Of a stretch of DNA of 64,000 nt, positions 1 to 11,885 are shown piece by piece. Position numbers and translations under genes: made by a program. Positions within the stretch are counted from its first letter, which is position 1. The number at the start of each line of letters is the position of its first letter. A model generated the notes under the pieces. The model was not told where the DNA came from, did not search any database, and saw only the letters and a program-made list of their open reading frames with translations. This stretch comes from Epiperipatus broadwayi (Eukaryota; Animalia; Onychophora), in assembly GCA_028023455.1 (NCBI GenBank), contig JAQFVV010000003.1, positions 23,870,001 to 23,934,000 of the forward strand, written 5' to 3'.

Positions 1-1035
1 AAGGTGGTTTTTAGATGCATAAATACATTAGTTTTAATTTTGAATGCTAGTTCTCACTTGATGAAAGCAAAAGTCTGAACTGGTTTGGGAATGGGGATTT
101 TGTAGCATTGTATTGTTTGTGCACAGGAAATTTATTTGCCTTTGTAAACATCATTATAGAATATATGCTGTTAGATAGCTGTTTGAGCAAATTTTTACTT
201 AAAACTAATATGTAAGACAAAAACTAATAAATACTGTCAGTCTTTTACTCTAATATCTGTAATTTTTAATACAATTTCTCTTGGAAGTTATTTTGTAATT
301 TCATTTTTAAGAATAGAGGTCTTTATATGAGAAATAAATCTAAATTGGATCTCAGAGTCACTATAGAAAGGTCTGACAGTCATATCAAATTACAATAATT
401 CTTTTTGTTTTTTTCCAGTCAGTTTTCAACTCTCTACTGATTATCATAAGTCAGTTGGATGAATCTTTATTTTTTTGATAATAAAAATTACGTAGTTATT
501 TATTAACTGATTATGAATTGTTATTGGGGTATTCTAAGCTTGTGATGTAATTTGGAAAAAAATGTTAAAATTTCAATCAGAATGTACTCAAATCCAGATT
601 GTAGACATAATATTCAAATACATTAGAAACTATATGCCACATGGAACAGCATATTGCTATGTTTATAATCAAGACTGAGATTAAATAAAAAAAATATATT
701 TTAAGCTAGATTTGATTAGTTTGATGAAATCCAATCATATAATTATTTAATTACATTTTATATCTAAAACTTTAGTCCTACCCAATTTAGTGCATTGATA
801 GAGTGGTAGACTTGAGCTGAAAGTTCTAGCATCATTTGAACTGATTAACAATTAAAAACAATAACTTGTATTGTCCTGTTAGAGTAGAACTTTTAAATGC
901 TTTTTGCCATTAGAGAGTTGACACATCAAACGACTTTCTTAGCAATTTATCATACAATTATTTATTTTATTAGATTAAAGTTTTATGTAATACTATTTAT
1001 TATTGTTATTAATATTTACTTTTTTTTTCTTTCAG

Positions 1036-1107
1036 AGATCTAAGGTTTAATGCTATTCGAGATATTGTACCTAATTCTTTCAAAGATCTCAGGCATCTTA
1101 ATACTCT
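1036..1107 (+). CDS. PXDN: Peroxidasin-like LRR exon (internal, 72 nt, phase 2/2)
   Basis: Polypyrimidine tract + ttcag acceptor ends at 1035; gtaagt donor at 1108. Translates (L)DLRFNAIRDIVPNSFKDLRHLNT(L), matching the peroxidasin first LRR as I recall it ([24 protein letters not shown]). Confidence 0.88.
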
Positions 1108-2790
1108 GTAAGTATGTAATCTAATTTTTTTTGTTAGTCTGAAAAGTAATTTTAATCAACCATAAACTAATTTTAAATTATAGATTAATTCATATGAAAT
1201 AAATTTATAGTGACAGATGCTTATAGGATTAAATGTGTCTCTCAGATAAACAAGTTTGTTTATAGTTCTACAGAAAGCCCAGGACTTAATTTGTCACCAT
1301 AAATCTTTGAGATCAGCAGTAGATTTACTCAGTTATGAATTCCTAAAGGTCTTTTTGCCTCTTATTAAATTAAAGAATGAACAAAAAAAAAAAAAAAAAC
1401 AATTAAATATACAAGAATGCAGATTTAGAATTGAAAAAATTTAGAAATACCTCAAGTATTAATATCCTACATACATATAAATTATCTTTAAGTTTCTAAA
1501 ATCAATTAAAACTGTCCTGTTTAATCACAAGTTTACATTAAAGCTGAAAAATTTAAAATTAATTTGATTGTGTTCTATTCAAATCAAAGTAATAGTAATA
1601 CTGTTATATATATATATTTAATAAAAATTAAATGTACAAATACTTTGGGAATCAAGATGTAACTATTTTTAGAATTAATGTATAATATTTTGTTTAAATC
1701 ACATGTTCTTATTAAATTAGTGTCTAGGCCTGATCGCTCCTCAGACCGGTGTTTTAACAGCTATTGACTGTCTGAAAGTAATAGTAAGGCGCATATGGAA
1801 GAATAGCAACCTTCCAGTCATTACTAATTAATGTATAAATAAATATAAATCTCATAGTTAATAACTGTGAATCTAGGGCCATAGTGGCAGAATTCAAATA
1901 CTTTAAGTAAAGTGGTCACTGATTGAAATCTCTATATGTTCCACTATGATATTTTATTAATAGTTAAGTTGCCTACAAAAAAATCCATATGCTAAATAAA
2001 TAATGAATGTGAATGAAAAAGTGATTTATATATATATATAAGAATAAAAAATAGAGTATACGGTATAAAAGAATATATGATAATACTAAAGGGAATTTAT
2101 TAATACTTAAGATAAGACAAAAGCTTTGAAAAAAAAAAAAAGGAGAAAAAATTTGTGCTATAAATGTGTTTGATACAGAGATGGGAAGAAGAATATATAT
2201 TATTTATTTTTAGAACGCAGGATACTAAAAAAAGAAAATGTGAGAAACAAAAATGATAGGAGAGAAAGACATGGAGTTGTTTTTAAAGGCTTTTATGATG
2301 AAAAGATAATGAGCAAATAGGCTATTATTAAAAGGGTATTAAATATGTAAAAAAATGTGTTCAGTCACCAAAATGATGTGTGAATATAAATTCGAAGGTA
2401 GTAGTAGATAAAAATAATTAAATAGGTAGACAGTAGCACAAAAAGTTTATAGAAAAAGAAAATAATCTTGGCTAATGGGATTTTAAGTCTTCTATGAATA
2501 TAAAGATGACTTCTCTAACAAAAAGAAATCTTTAATTTTCGCATTTTATCATTTACATACCTGAAAAATAATTGTTGAAAACAAACATATAGAATAATAA
2601 TAATTATGCTATGTAATAATCAAAATCATTTTTACATAATTTTTTGTTGATGCAATATATATATAATGACAGTCCTGATAAACAAAAAAGATCATTAAAT
2701 ACTTTATATCGAAAATGGAGATGGGAAAACAGTAGCTTAAAATCAAAACATTTTTTAACCAAAAATAGTAATTAAAAATTATTCTTTTTA

Positions 2791-2873
2791 CGTCAAAGCG
2801 TCGGCCGGGAAGCGAACCCGGGTCAACTGCTTGTAAGGCAGCTGTGCTAACCCCTCGGCTACCAACGCATAAC
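2791..2873 (-). pseudogene. tRNA-Gly(TCC)-derived retroposed element with TAC anticodon (83 bp, 17-bp TSD)
   Basis: Minus strand 2868-2798: GCGTTGG-TAGCCGAGGGGTTAGCACA-GCTGC CT TAC AA GCAGT-TGAC-CCGGG TTCGCTT CCCGG-CCGACGC, a Gly-TCC body. D stem is broken, A58 is C, and position 73 is T. Perfect direct repeat aaaaattattcttttta at 2774-2790 and 2874-2890. Confidence 0.8.
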
Positions 2874-4039
2874 AAAAATTATTCTTTTTAATGTGTACCA
2901 TCAGAACTTCCGGTTTCTATTTTTTAATTCAATATATATATTTTTAAAATTTCATTTAGATTGCAAGAAATTTTTGATGTAAATTTTTTTTTTATATATG
3001 TAAATTTATCCCAAAAGCAAGTACTTTTACATCAATTTATTTAATATCTAAATTGTGTTGTACTAATTAACATAAACCATCTACTTTTTAAAAAAACTAA
3101 AATAAAAATGGGAGTAAATTATGAATGAAATTTATCATATAATAGACTTTATGAATAAGGTCTTATTTGGAAAATTGATATGTTATTATTTTGATTTTAC
3201 TATTATTTAGGGAGATTTATTTTTAATATATTTAATTCAAAAATAATAATGCTAAAAAAAGATTTAGAATAAAATTTTATTAAATGCATATAATAAATCT
3301 TATTTTATGCAGTTTTAAAAATCAAAATATTTATTTATCATCTTCTATGTTAATATAATATTTATAATGTAGGAAGATTTTATTTATTTATAATTGTTGT
3401 TTTTACTCATTAGAAATAATAAGCCTTTTGTAATTTTTTTTTATATAGTAGAATATTTTTGTACATACCATTTGGCTCCAAGCCAACTTATGAGTAAGCA
3501 AATTCTGCATACACACATTAATATATAGCATAGATAATTTTAACATGTATTTATAGTATTACATTTTTATAATATACTATGCAGCAAAAATATCTATATA
3601 TATGTGAAGACAAATATTTAAAAATTATATATGTATATTATAAAGAACACTTACTTAACTTTTTTCTTTTTATGATGAAAATTAATGATTAATAAGTGCA
3701 AAAAGAAATACTTTCTAGGTAATTTTAAATTAGTAAATTTTAAACATATTCTTAAAGAAGCAACAAACATTTTGTGTGATGTTTTGCAATCTCAGTATAT
3801 TGTGGTTGCAATGTGAATTAAAAAATTAAAGTTTAGAAAATAAAATTTTATTTTTACTAATTTCAAATTTTTTAATTTTTATTTAATATTTTTTTCAACC
3901 TGCAAGTATGTGAATCAATAAATTTTGAGACAGTGGATATATGATAGCACTATAATTAATTATTTTCATTTAAAAAAAAAATTCCATGTTTATCCTGTAT
4001 TTTTGTTGATTGAATTAATATTATTGTGCCTTTAGTTAA

Positions 4040-4260
4040 GTTGATGCCAATTCCATGAACTTGTGAAAATTTTGACATTTTTAAATTTAAAGGCAATGCA
4101 ATAAGAAAGATACAGTTATAATACTTCATAAAGAAGATAAAGAATACTGGACATAGACAATCTTGTATTTTTTTTTTTAATTCTGAAGAAGATTGACGGG
4201 GCAATCGAAACTGTCAATAATGGATTGTATAAAAGCATTATAAAAAGTAATAAAGAATAT
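4040..4260 (+). mobile_element. Penelope-like element 3' end (GIY-YIG C-terminal remnant plus HHR tail)
   Basis: Frameshifted KAM/NKKDTVIILHKEDKEYWT* resembles the KAMNRKD...KKW end of the PLE fragment at 9629-9751, and is followed by a hammerhead motif. Confidence 0.5.
4156..4228 (+). ncRNA. Minimal type I hammerhead ribozyme, intact core
   Basis: CTGAAGA (4183-4189), extra A, stem II GATTG/CAATC with loop ACGGGG, GAAA (4207-4210), ACTGT near-palindromic stem III, GTC cleavage triplet (C at 4215). Stem I is ATT/AAT plus distal ACAATC/GATTGT. Confidence 0.7.
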
Positions 4261-4269
4261 AGATGATAT

Positions 4270-5150
4270 TAATATTACCAAGATAAGATATAGGGCTGAT
4301 AATGGAATTTTTATTTGAATTGATTTTTTAAAATAAAAAAAACTTCTTTTATGCTGATGATTGTGCTATTTTTTCTAACTCAAAAGATGATTTACAGAAT
4401 GTTTTAATGTTTTAAGTGGAATTAGTTTATTAATTATTGTTCAGAAAAATTCAACTTCTTTGTCAATCAGTAACTGAAGAAAAATCCTCAGCAACTTTTA
4501 GCTTGGATGGTTATCATCTTGAGAATGTAAACTAGTTTACATACTTTGGCAATTTTATAAATAGAAAAGTGGGCTTAAATGCTAAGTTATAATATAAACT
4601 CCAATGTGCTGCTGGTGCTTTTAACAAATTAAAAGTTAGAGTATTTCATCACAAGGAAATAACAACTGCTATTGAGTTAGCTGTATATAGAGCTGTTATT
4701 TAATCTAATTTATTACATGGAAGTGAAATTTGGATCCTATATTGGTGCAATAGAAAAATTTCATTTAAAGATAGTCTGTACAATTTAAAAGATACAATAG
4801 CAAGATCATAAAACCAATATTTATGTTCTTCAACTTTCTGGGTGTGATATTACTGAATCCACTATTGTAAAATCACACCTTCATTGGGTTGGTCATATAA
4901 AATGAATGAATACTGGAAAACTTCCTAAAATGGTGTTTTATGGTGAACTTGAGCTTGATTTTCATAGGAGAGATAGATCTTATTTACAAAATAAAGATTA
5001 TTTCAAAGACATTCTAAAGAAATGGAATGTCAATTGTTTTCATTGGAAAGATATAGCAGAGAATTAAATACACTGGAGAACTACATTTAGACATGGTGTT
5101 GAAAGTATTTTTTTTTTCCCAAAAGAAAAGTTTTCTGCTAAAGAAATTTA
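4270..5150 (+). mobile_element. RTE-clade (BovB-like) LINE, decayed RT and C-terminal region
   Basis: Broken-frame motifs RYRADNG, YADDCA (4350-4367), ENV..FTYFG, AFNKLKVRVF, VYRAVI..LLHGSEIW, HWVGHI, LPKMVFYGEL; many stops and frameshifts. Confidence 0.85.
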
Positions 5151-6329
5151 AAACAAGCATTATAAAATATCAAGTAAACAGAAAAATGGATCAGCATTTT
5201 CTATCTATAATGGACATATTTGTGGTTATTGATTGTTTCTAGTCATACAAAACTCATTTCTAGAGTACTACCCCTCCCCTTTCTATTTCTTTATTGGATG
5301 TGTAATGGCCATACTCCTTTATGATTGGCTGTTTATTATTATTATGAGGTCCCTGCTTTAAAATTCTTCCATCAATCTTTTCATACAGAAAGTGATGGAT
5401 TGTTTTGTAGATATTTTGCTGTCTTGTATTTTGTTAGCTTATAAAAATATTCTCTTTTTTGCAACCTTTTTTTGTTTCAATATATATATAATTTTGCTAT
5501 GAGATAATCAACAAATCTGAGAGTAAATTGATATGTTGCCTATCATCATGCATTTGTCATCCCATTCATTTCATCATCTCTTTGGATTAATTGTATTAAT
5601 AGAAATGCATATTTCCATATAGTCATTTCAATTCTTTAATTGTATGCATGGCAGTTATAATTCCAATTTTTTTTTGTTCTTATCTTGTTTATTAATTTTT
5701 TACTTTTTTTTTGTCTTTCTTTCCTTTTTCTTTTACTGGAGTTATGTTAGTAATAATTAAACATTAATATTGACAATTTGGCTTTTCAGACTTCTCATAT
5801 TATTAAAGCATAAAATTTTCTTAAGGAGTATGTTGCGGATACAATGACATATTTTGGTTTTACTAAAAAGATCAATTCTGATAGATTTTCTGACAATGCT
5901 TTTTTATACAGCACCTTCTGTTTGGAAAAATAATAAATTCACTGTAGAGCTTCATAAGTATTATTAATATTTGAAGACAGAAATCCAATAATTGATAAAA
6001 AGTCTTAAAATAATTGATAGATTAAAACTACAAAAAAAGGTAGACATTTTCTGAATGTGATCACCGAAACTTTGGACCTGAAAAATAACATTATAATCTT
6101 AATAAATCTTATGATAGCATTGTTTTATAGGTTAATGATGCTAGTACTAAATAAATGAAGTATTTTAATCACCATTAAATAATAATTCAGTAACTCAGAT
6201 GATAGTTTTTAATGATACATTTATGCCAGTAATATATTTAGATTTTGATAATATCAATGTATTAGTAAAGATAAAATAACTCTTGGTAACTAAAAGTGGA
6301 AAGTCTATGAGTCCTATTGAAATATGGAA

Positions 6330-6640
6330 AAGTTTTAAATATGTGATAATATGTTAGTTTCAAACTATAACATTTTTTAAAATTATGGATCTATAAAATC
6401 ATTCCTGTGATTTTAAAAATATTTCTATTGTTTCGGTTTATAAATATAAAGAATCTAGAAAAGACTGAAGTAATTATCATGAAATATCATTAATATTCCA
6501 TTATGGAATAAAGTACTTTCAAGAAATTATTTGAACAGATTGCTTTCAGAAAGAGAAGATTTGTTACCAGAGATTTTAATATGGCTTTAGAGAAGCAAGA
6601 AATACATGCAAGTAAAATAACATTATTTATTTATTGCTTT
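6330..6640 (+). mobile_element. Decayed LINE RT N-terminal fragment (RTE-like)
   Basis: Remnants readable as KIIPV, SNYHEISL, KVLSRNYLNRL, LPE..YGFR (cf. NYRGISLLS..GKIL..RL..LPE.QCGFR). Confidence 0.5.
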
Positions 6641-7146
6641 TAAATAGTCCAAATACTGTCTCCTCTTCTATCTCTTTCCAATTTTTTTTAAAGTATGAGT
6701 CCAGATTTAAAATTAGTTGGATGATCACTGAAATTTATGCATAATTTACAGTTTCTACATGATGGAATAAAAAGATTATTAATACAGATGAATAATCTGA
6801 AGCATATGAAATAAAAATTGATGTTTAATAAGGGATGTATATTAGGTCCAATTTTATTTTTATGATGAAACATAATTTGATGGTAGAGTTTGTTTGTTTG
6901 CTTTTTTTAACAAATTAAGAGCAAAACAAAAACTTTATTTATTTAGCTTCTGTATTCAATATATTGATGAAGATACTGCTCTATGTTTTTAAATGCTTGA
7001 ATTCAAACTTAAAATTTTGCTTTAAATATTATTGTTGAAAAAAACTTGTGTTTTTTATATTAATGATGTATAAAAAAAATCTTCATAAACTTTTTAAATT
7101 TGGCTATCTGTTTGAGAATTTTTAAGGAGGAAAAAAACTGGACTTA

Positions 7147-7261
7147 GATGTTATAAATTAAAAGATATGGCAACTAAATTAACTAGATCGGCAATTTTGT
7201 CCATGATGTTATAAATTAAAAGATATGGCAAGTAAATTAACTAGATTGGCAATTTTGTCCA
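7147..7261. repeat. 58-bp tandem duplication (2 copies)
   Basis: gatgttataaattaaaagatatggcaa... starts at 7147 and 7205, with about two substitutions. Confidence 0.9.
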
Positions 7262-7724
7262 ATTTATTATACCAACAAAATATAAATCCAACTAGTGTAA
7301 TACAAAAGCATTGGACACTATGCATGATTTAGTGCTGCAGAAGAGTGGCAGGCTCCATAAAGATCTGTGGATTAATGTGACAGATCTGTCACTTTCAGTG
7401 CTCAAACTTTGTATAAAATCCTGAGAAATAAAGCATCTGATTTATTACTAAAGTTACTGGAAATTTTTCATTCAAGAAAACTTTATAAAATTTTAAAAAT
7501 ATGATGACAAGATTATTACGTCAATACTATGTTCATTATCTTTCTAGATATGATGATACTAAATCTATTAATATATATAATGTTCAAATGTGTGTTAGAC
7601 AATACTATATGTAAAAATCTTAATATTTGTGTTGATATTAGAAATACACACACTTATATAATTCGGAAAACAAAACTATATATAAATCAAATCAAAACCC
7701 AATCACTAAATGACAAACTTTGTT

Positions 7725-8215
7725 GATTCTTGTAATGTTTTCGAAGGTATAACCTTCATTTTCAAGAAGTACAAAATCTCTTCATTTTCCACGATGTGCG
7801 AATATGCAAAATATGCTAATCAGGATAAGAACGTTTAAACTTGCCATTTTTTCGATATGGCATAAAATGATTCTTTTTTGTTCATCATGTGTTCATCTGA
7901 TATAATATAACATGCCTTCTTCACCTTCCTCCGCAGATCATGTCGCTCTCTACACAACATGCTCAGCCTATCCGGCCTGCACAGCCGATGAGTGCTGTAC
8001 AAAAATAGAGGGGTGAGATGGGTCGACTAAGGCTTTGTTATATGCATATACATGCTGGGACAATCTTGTCTGGATCGATGCCTTTGTTTCCCCATAATAT
8101 GCAGCTGGGCAATTGTTATCGCTACACGCAATCTTGTAGACAGCTTGCTGTGCATGTACTGGGAGAATATAGTCTTTGGTATTGTTATACAATGAGCTTC
8201 AATATCTTAACAAAC
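7725..8215 (-). mobile_element. Penelope-like element, 5'-truncated GIY-YIG endonuclease and 3' tail
   Basis: ORF 8192-7968 contains TKDYILP...AVYKIAC...CPAAYYGETKASIQTRLSQH. After a frameshift it continues as an RRKV.EAC...MNKK...ISKKW-type C-terminus. Confidence 0.88.
7728..7770 (-). ncRNA. Decayed hammerhead motif at PLE 3' end
   Basis: Minus strand TTGAAAA-T-GAAGG TTATA CCTTC-GAAA. Stem II and GAAA are intact; the CUGANGA box is mutated. Confidence 0.45.
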
Positions 8216-8390
8216 TTTTAGTGTCTGAATATCCTAGCCCTCACTGAGAAAAGCCAAAAGCTAGAAACCGGTCTGGGGTTAAGGATATGCCAAGAAGCTT
8301 GTTAAGAGCTATTAAAGTTCATTATATAATATTTGTAGTACAAGCTTATTAAATTAAGTCACATGATGTATGACTTGATTTCTTTGCAAC
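8216..8390 (+). mobile_element. HHR family A, 3' partial copy
   Basis: gtgtctgaatatcctagccctca-CTGAGAA-AAGC CAAAA GCTA-GAA-ACCGGT-C-tggggtt, then aagcttgt...tacaagcttattaaattaagtcacatg, shared with the 11.5k, 15.6k and 38k copies. G8 is mutated to A. Confidence 0.8.
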
Positions 8391-8409
8391 TAAATCTACT
8401 ATTAGAGAG

Positions 8410-8600
8410 TTGCATTGGATTCTAAGATCTAGGTGTAGTGCTCTTAAATTCAAGGCTCCTCCATGATGAAAGCCATAAGCAGAAATGAGTCTGGAAATAT
8501 TGAATGGTTAGGAACTAGATAAGGATTTTATGCATCTGTTGATTACTATGGCTCACTCTGTGTGGCATTACTGCATGGAGTGTTTGTTATTGTTTTTAGT
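8410..8600 (+). mobile_element. HHR family C copy
   Basis: ttctaagatctaggtg...tcca-TGATGA-AAGC CATAA GCA-GAAA TGAG TC-tgga...actagataaggattttatgca...tggcattactgcatg; homologous to 33587-33772 (minus) and 33960-34115 (plus). Confidence 0.72.
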
Positions 8601-9018
8601 TCTCTGAATCTAAGATTAAAGCATAGGTGCTAATAAAATGAGCATAATTTCCATTATGCAAAGCAAGTTTTAACACTATTAACTGCCCACTCATGAGTAA
8701 TGCCAACAATAAAAGATACTAAATTAGACTTTACAGCAAATTCAACACCATATACATTCTCTTTTTAGGCCTGCCTTTCCAAAAAAAAGAAAAGAAAAAT
8801 GTATCCATCCATATGTTTTATTATATTTCCTTCATCTGGGAGATGAATTTCACTAAAACCATCTATATGAATCTTAAATCTTGACAGCTTAGATACTAGT
8901 GCAGTCTTTTATTCTGGTCTAGAAGAAATTGTATAAAGTAAGGTTCATACATTCTGTATATCTATATTTAGAAAAAAAAATTATAATACTTATCTATAAT
9001 ATTATCACTGCTACTTGC

Positions 9019-9399
<381 letters not shown>

Positions 9400-9479
9400 T
9401 ATATACAATTTTAATGCACAAATCAGCGCATAACAGCAGAGCTTCTTCAAATTAAATCACAATTTATTATAAACTTAAT

Positions 9480-9751
9480 ATAAATTATAATACATAATAA
9501 ATAATGCCCGAGCGCTTTCAAGAGAACTTAGCTCTCATAATCATGGGTAACAAAGAGTAAGCGTAACAAGGTTGCTATGTGTAAATATATGCAGATATAT
9601 GTAAATTAATTGAACTATATGCGTAAATCTAATTAACCCATTTCTTAGAAATTTTATAACACGCATCTTTCCTATTCATAGCCTTATCATCCATGGCAAT
9701 AAAACATGCCTCCTTCACCTTTCTCTTAACATCAGTAGGCAGCTGAGTGTG
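9480..9751 (-). mobile_element. Penelope-like element extreme 3' end with decayed HHR
   Basis: 9751-9629 reads HTQLPTDVKRKVKEACFIAMDDKAMNRKDACYKISKKWVN*. At 9547-9507: CCC-ATGATTA-T-GAGAG CTAAGTT CTCTT-GAA-AGCGCT-C-GGG (palindromic stem III, mutated core). Confidence 0.75.
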
Positions 9752-9765
9752 AAATAATTTCTTTT

Positions 9766-9828
9766 TATTATTATTATTTTATTATTATTATTATTATCAT
9801 CATCATCATCATCATCATTATTATTATT
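9766..9828. repeat. (ATT)/(ATC) compound microsatellite
   Basis: Directly visible. Confidence 0.9.
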
Positions 9829-11199
9829 GAAATTTCTATTACTATTTCTTATTATTATTACTATTGAAATGTAATCTGTCAGGTATAGTAATCTAGCTGA
9901 ACTGTGTGAGACAAGCCATTTTTAGATCATATATTTTTAGACCATTCCATTTCCATGGTGGGCAGGGGATTTCTAAATAGGATTGCCTAAACATACAATC
10001 TTTGCCAACTGATGTTCTTATTTTATTAATATCCAGTTCCTAACTGACTCATTAGGGATTGTACTGCCTTAAGCAAAGATCACAACTAAGGACTGCCAGC
10101 CTACTAAGCCTGTCCTCATTATTTCTTTTTTAATTCTCGAAGGTTTGAGCTAAAAAAAAAGGAATTGGAGTCAGAAATATTATGCATATAGTTAAAAATG
10201 GAGATGTTGTTATACAACCACAATCCCACTGTTACAGTTAGTATAAGAAAATATCTGATGGCATGAGAAGTTTACTGCGACCAGGCCTTACAGTAATTTA
10301 AATGAACTGAAGAAAAAAAAGAGAGAGGTGGAAAAGACTGCTTGTACTGCAAACAATATATCTAGTTTTTTTTAAATCAAAAATCCTATCCTACAATATG
10401 GCAATAGGAGCTCTTGGTGGGGACTGTTTATTTGTTATTTTACAGTTATCTTCATATCCAAAAGCTCTTCCATTATTCCCCAGATGTGGAGCTTATCAGT
10501 AACATGAGAACAACTATAACAGGCTCTGGAATAATAAAAAAGTAATGAAATATATAAATGATAAAAGAGTTAATAATTCTAGCTGTAGGATCTCTTATTC
10601 CCATTTGCATGAGCATATTTAAAGATTTTAATTGTAATAAAATATAAGTAGATACTATGAGTATAATTTTTTAAAAGATTCAAGCTATCAACTTTAAATT
10701 AATATGAAATTAAACGTTTATGATATAGAAATATACTTTATCATTTTTTGGCATTTTATAAAAAAGTCAAAATATTTTATTTAAATGACCCTGCATACAT
10801 TATATATTCTATAAAATATTTGCAAGTATAATATACTATTATTTAATAATTTAAATACCAACACTATTGAAAACATTAAATATAATCTTTAATGCACTTT
10901 AAGAACGATCATTTTTATCAAATGTCAACAGTTATATTAAAAAATAAAATGGAAATATGAAATTATATCCTTAAGTGTTCCAGTACTCACTAAACTGAAC
11001 ACTAGTAAATTTTGTCCATTATTAAGTTTATATATTTCAGGAATGCTGCATAATTAAATGTATAATTTCATATTTCTATTTTTATTTTGAATACAACAAT
11101 TGGTTTTTGACAGAAATGCTCAGCACTGAAAATTCAGTAAAGATTATATTTAATGTTTATAATATTTTATCCTTGTAAGAAGGGTTTGAAAATGATTGA

Positions 11200-11460
11200 G
11201 TAAAAAAACAAATAGATGTTACTGATATCATTGAAAAAATTAAGAGACTAAAGTGGAGCTGGTCTGGACATATTGCTAGAAGAGATAATAATAGATGGAC
11301 AGTTGATATTATAATCTGGATTTTAAGAGATTATAAAAGGCCTAAAAGAGATCACATTTGAGATGGTTGGATGGAATAATGAAGTGTATTGTTGGTGATG
11401 TGGCAAGATCTGCAATTGGAGAAACTAGATTAAACTTGGAGAGACCATCATCCTGCAATG
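11200..11460 (+). mobile_element. RTE LINE 3' end fragment
   Basis: TDIIEKIKRLKWSWSGHIARRDNNRWT..IIW..RDYKRPKR; typical RTE C-terminus. Confidence 0.8.
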
Positions 11461-11489
11461 AATCAATATAAAAAATATATTACTTTTAA

Positions 11490-11885
11490 TTTATATATAG
11501 AGCTTGCAAAACAAGCTCTTGACAAACTTTGTAGAATACCCCAACCTCAGACTGGTTTCTGCTACTGGCATCCTCAGTGAGGTTCTAGGATATTCAATCA
11601 TTAGATTAAAAACATCAGGACAAGCCCAGGACTTTATCTAATGTATAACTATTAAGTAGAAAATCTGAAATTTTCAGATATCCATGTCTTCCAATCTAGC
11701 TATCTTACTTAAATAGCCATATGGGACTGAATTAAAGTTCAACTAAAGTTCAGATACACCATATATTAATAGCTTTAGTAATATAAAATTGCCAAAGCCA
11801 TCATAGCAAAAAATAAAAGTAAAAAAAAAAAATCAAATCAGATGTCACATGACCCAATTTAATAAGCTTGTATTTACAAATGTTG
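11490..11885 (-). mobile_element. HHR family A, one full monomer
   Basis: HHR at 11595-11534: GAATATCC-TAG-AACCTCA CTGAGGA TGC CAGTA GCA GAA ACCAGT C TGAGGTT-G-GGGTATTC. The body is colinear with 15605-16051. Confidence 0.88.

Noticed and set aside
1730-1790. Hammerhead-like remnant on minus strand (ACAG/CTGT stem, ACCGGTCTGAGG)
   Set aside because: Lacks both CUGANGA and GAAA in the right positions; too decayed to call.
2797-2868. Functional tRNA-Val(TAC) or recoding tRNA gene
   Set aside because: Broken D stem, C at invariant A58, T73 and a flanking TSD indicate a retroposed element.
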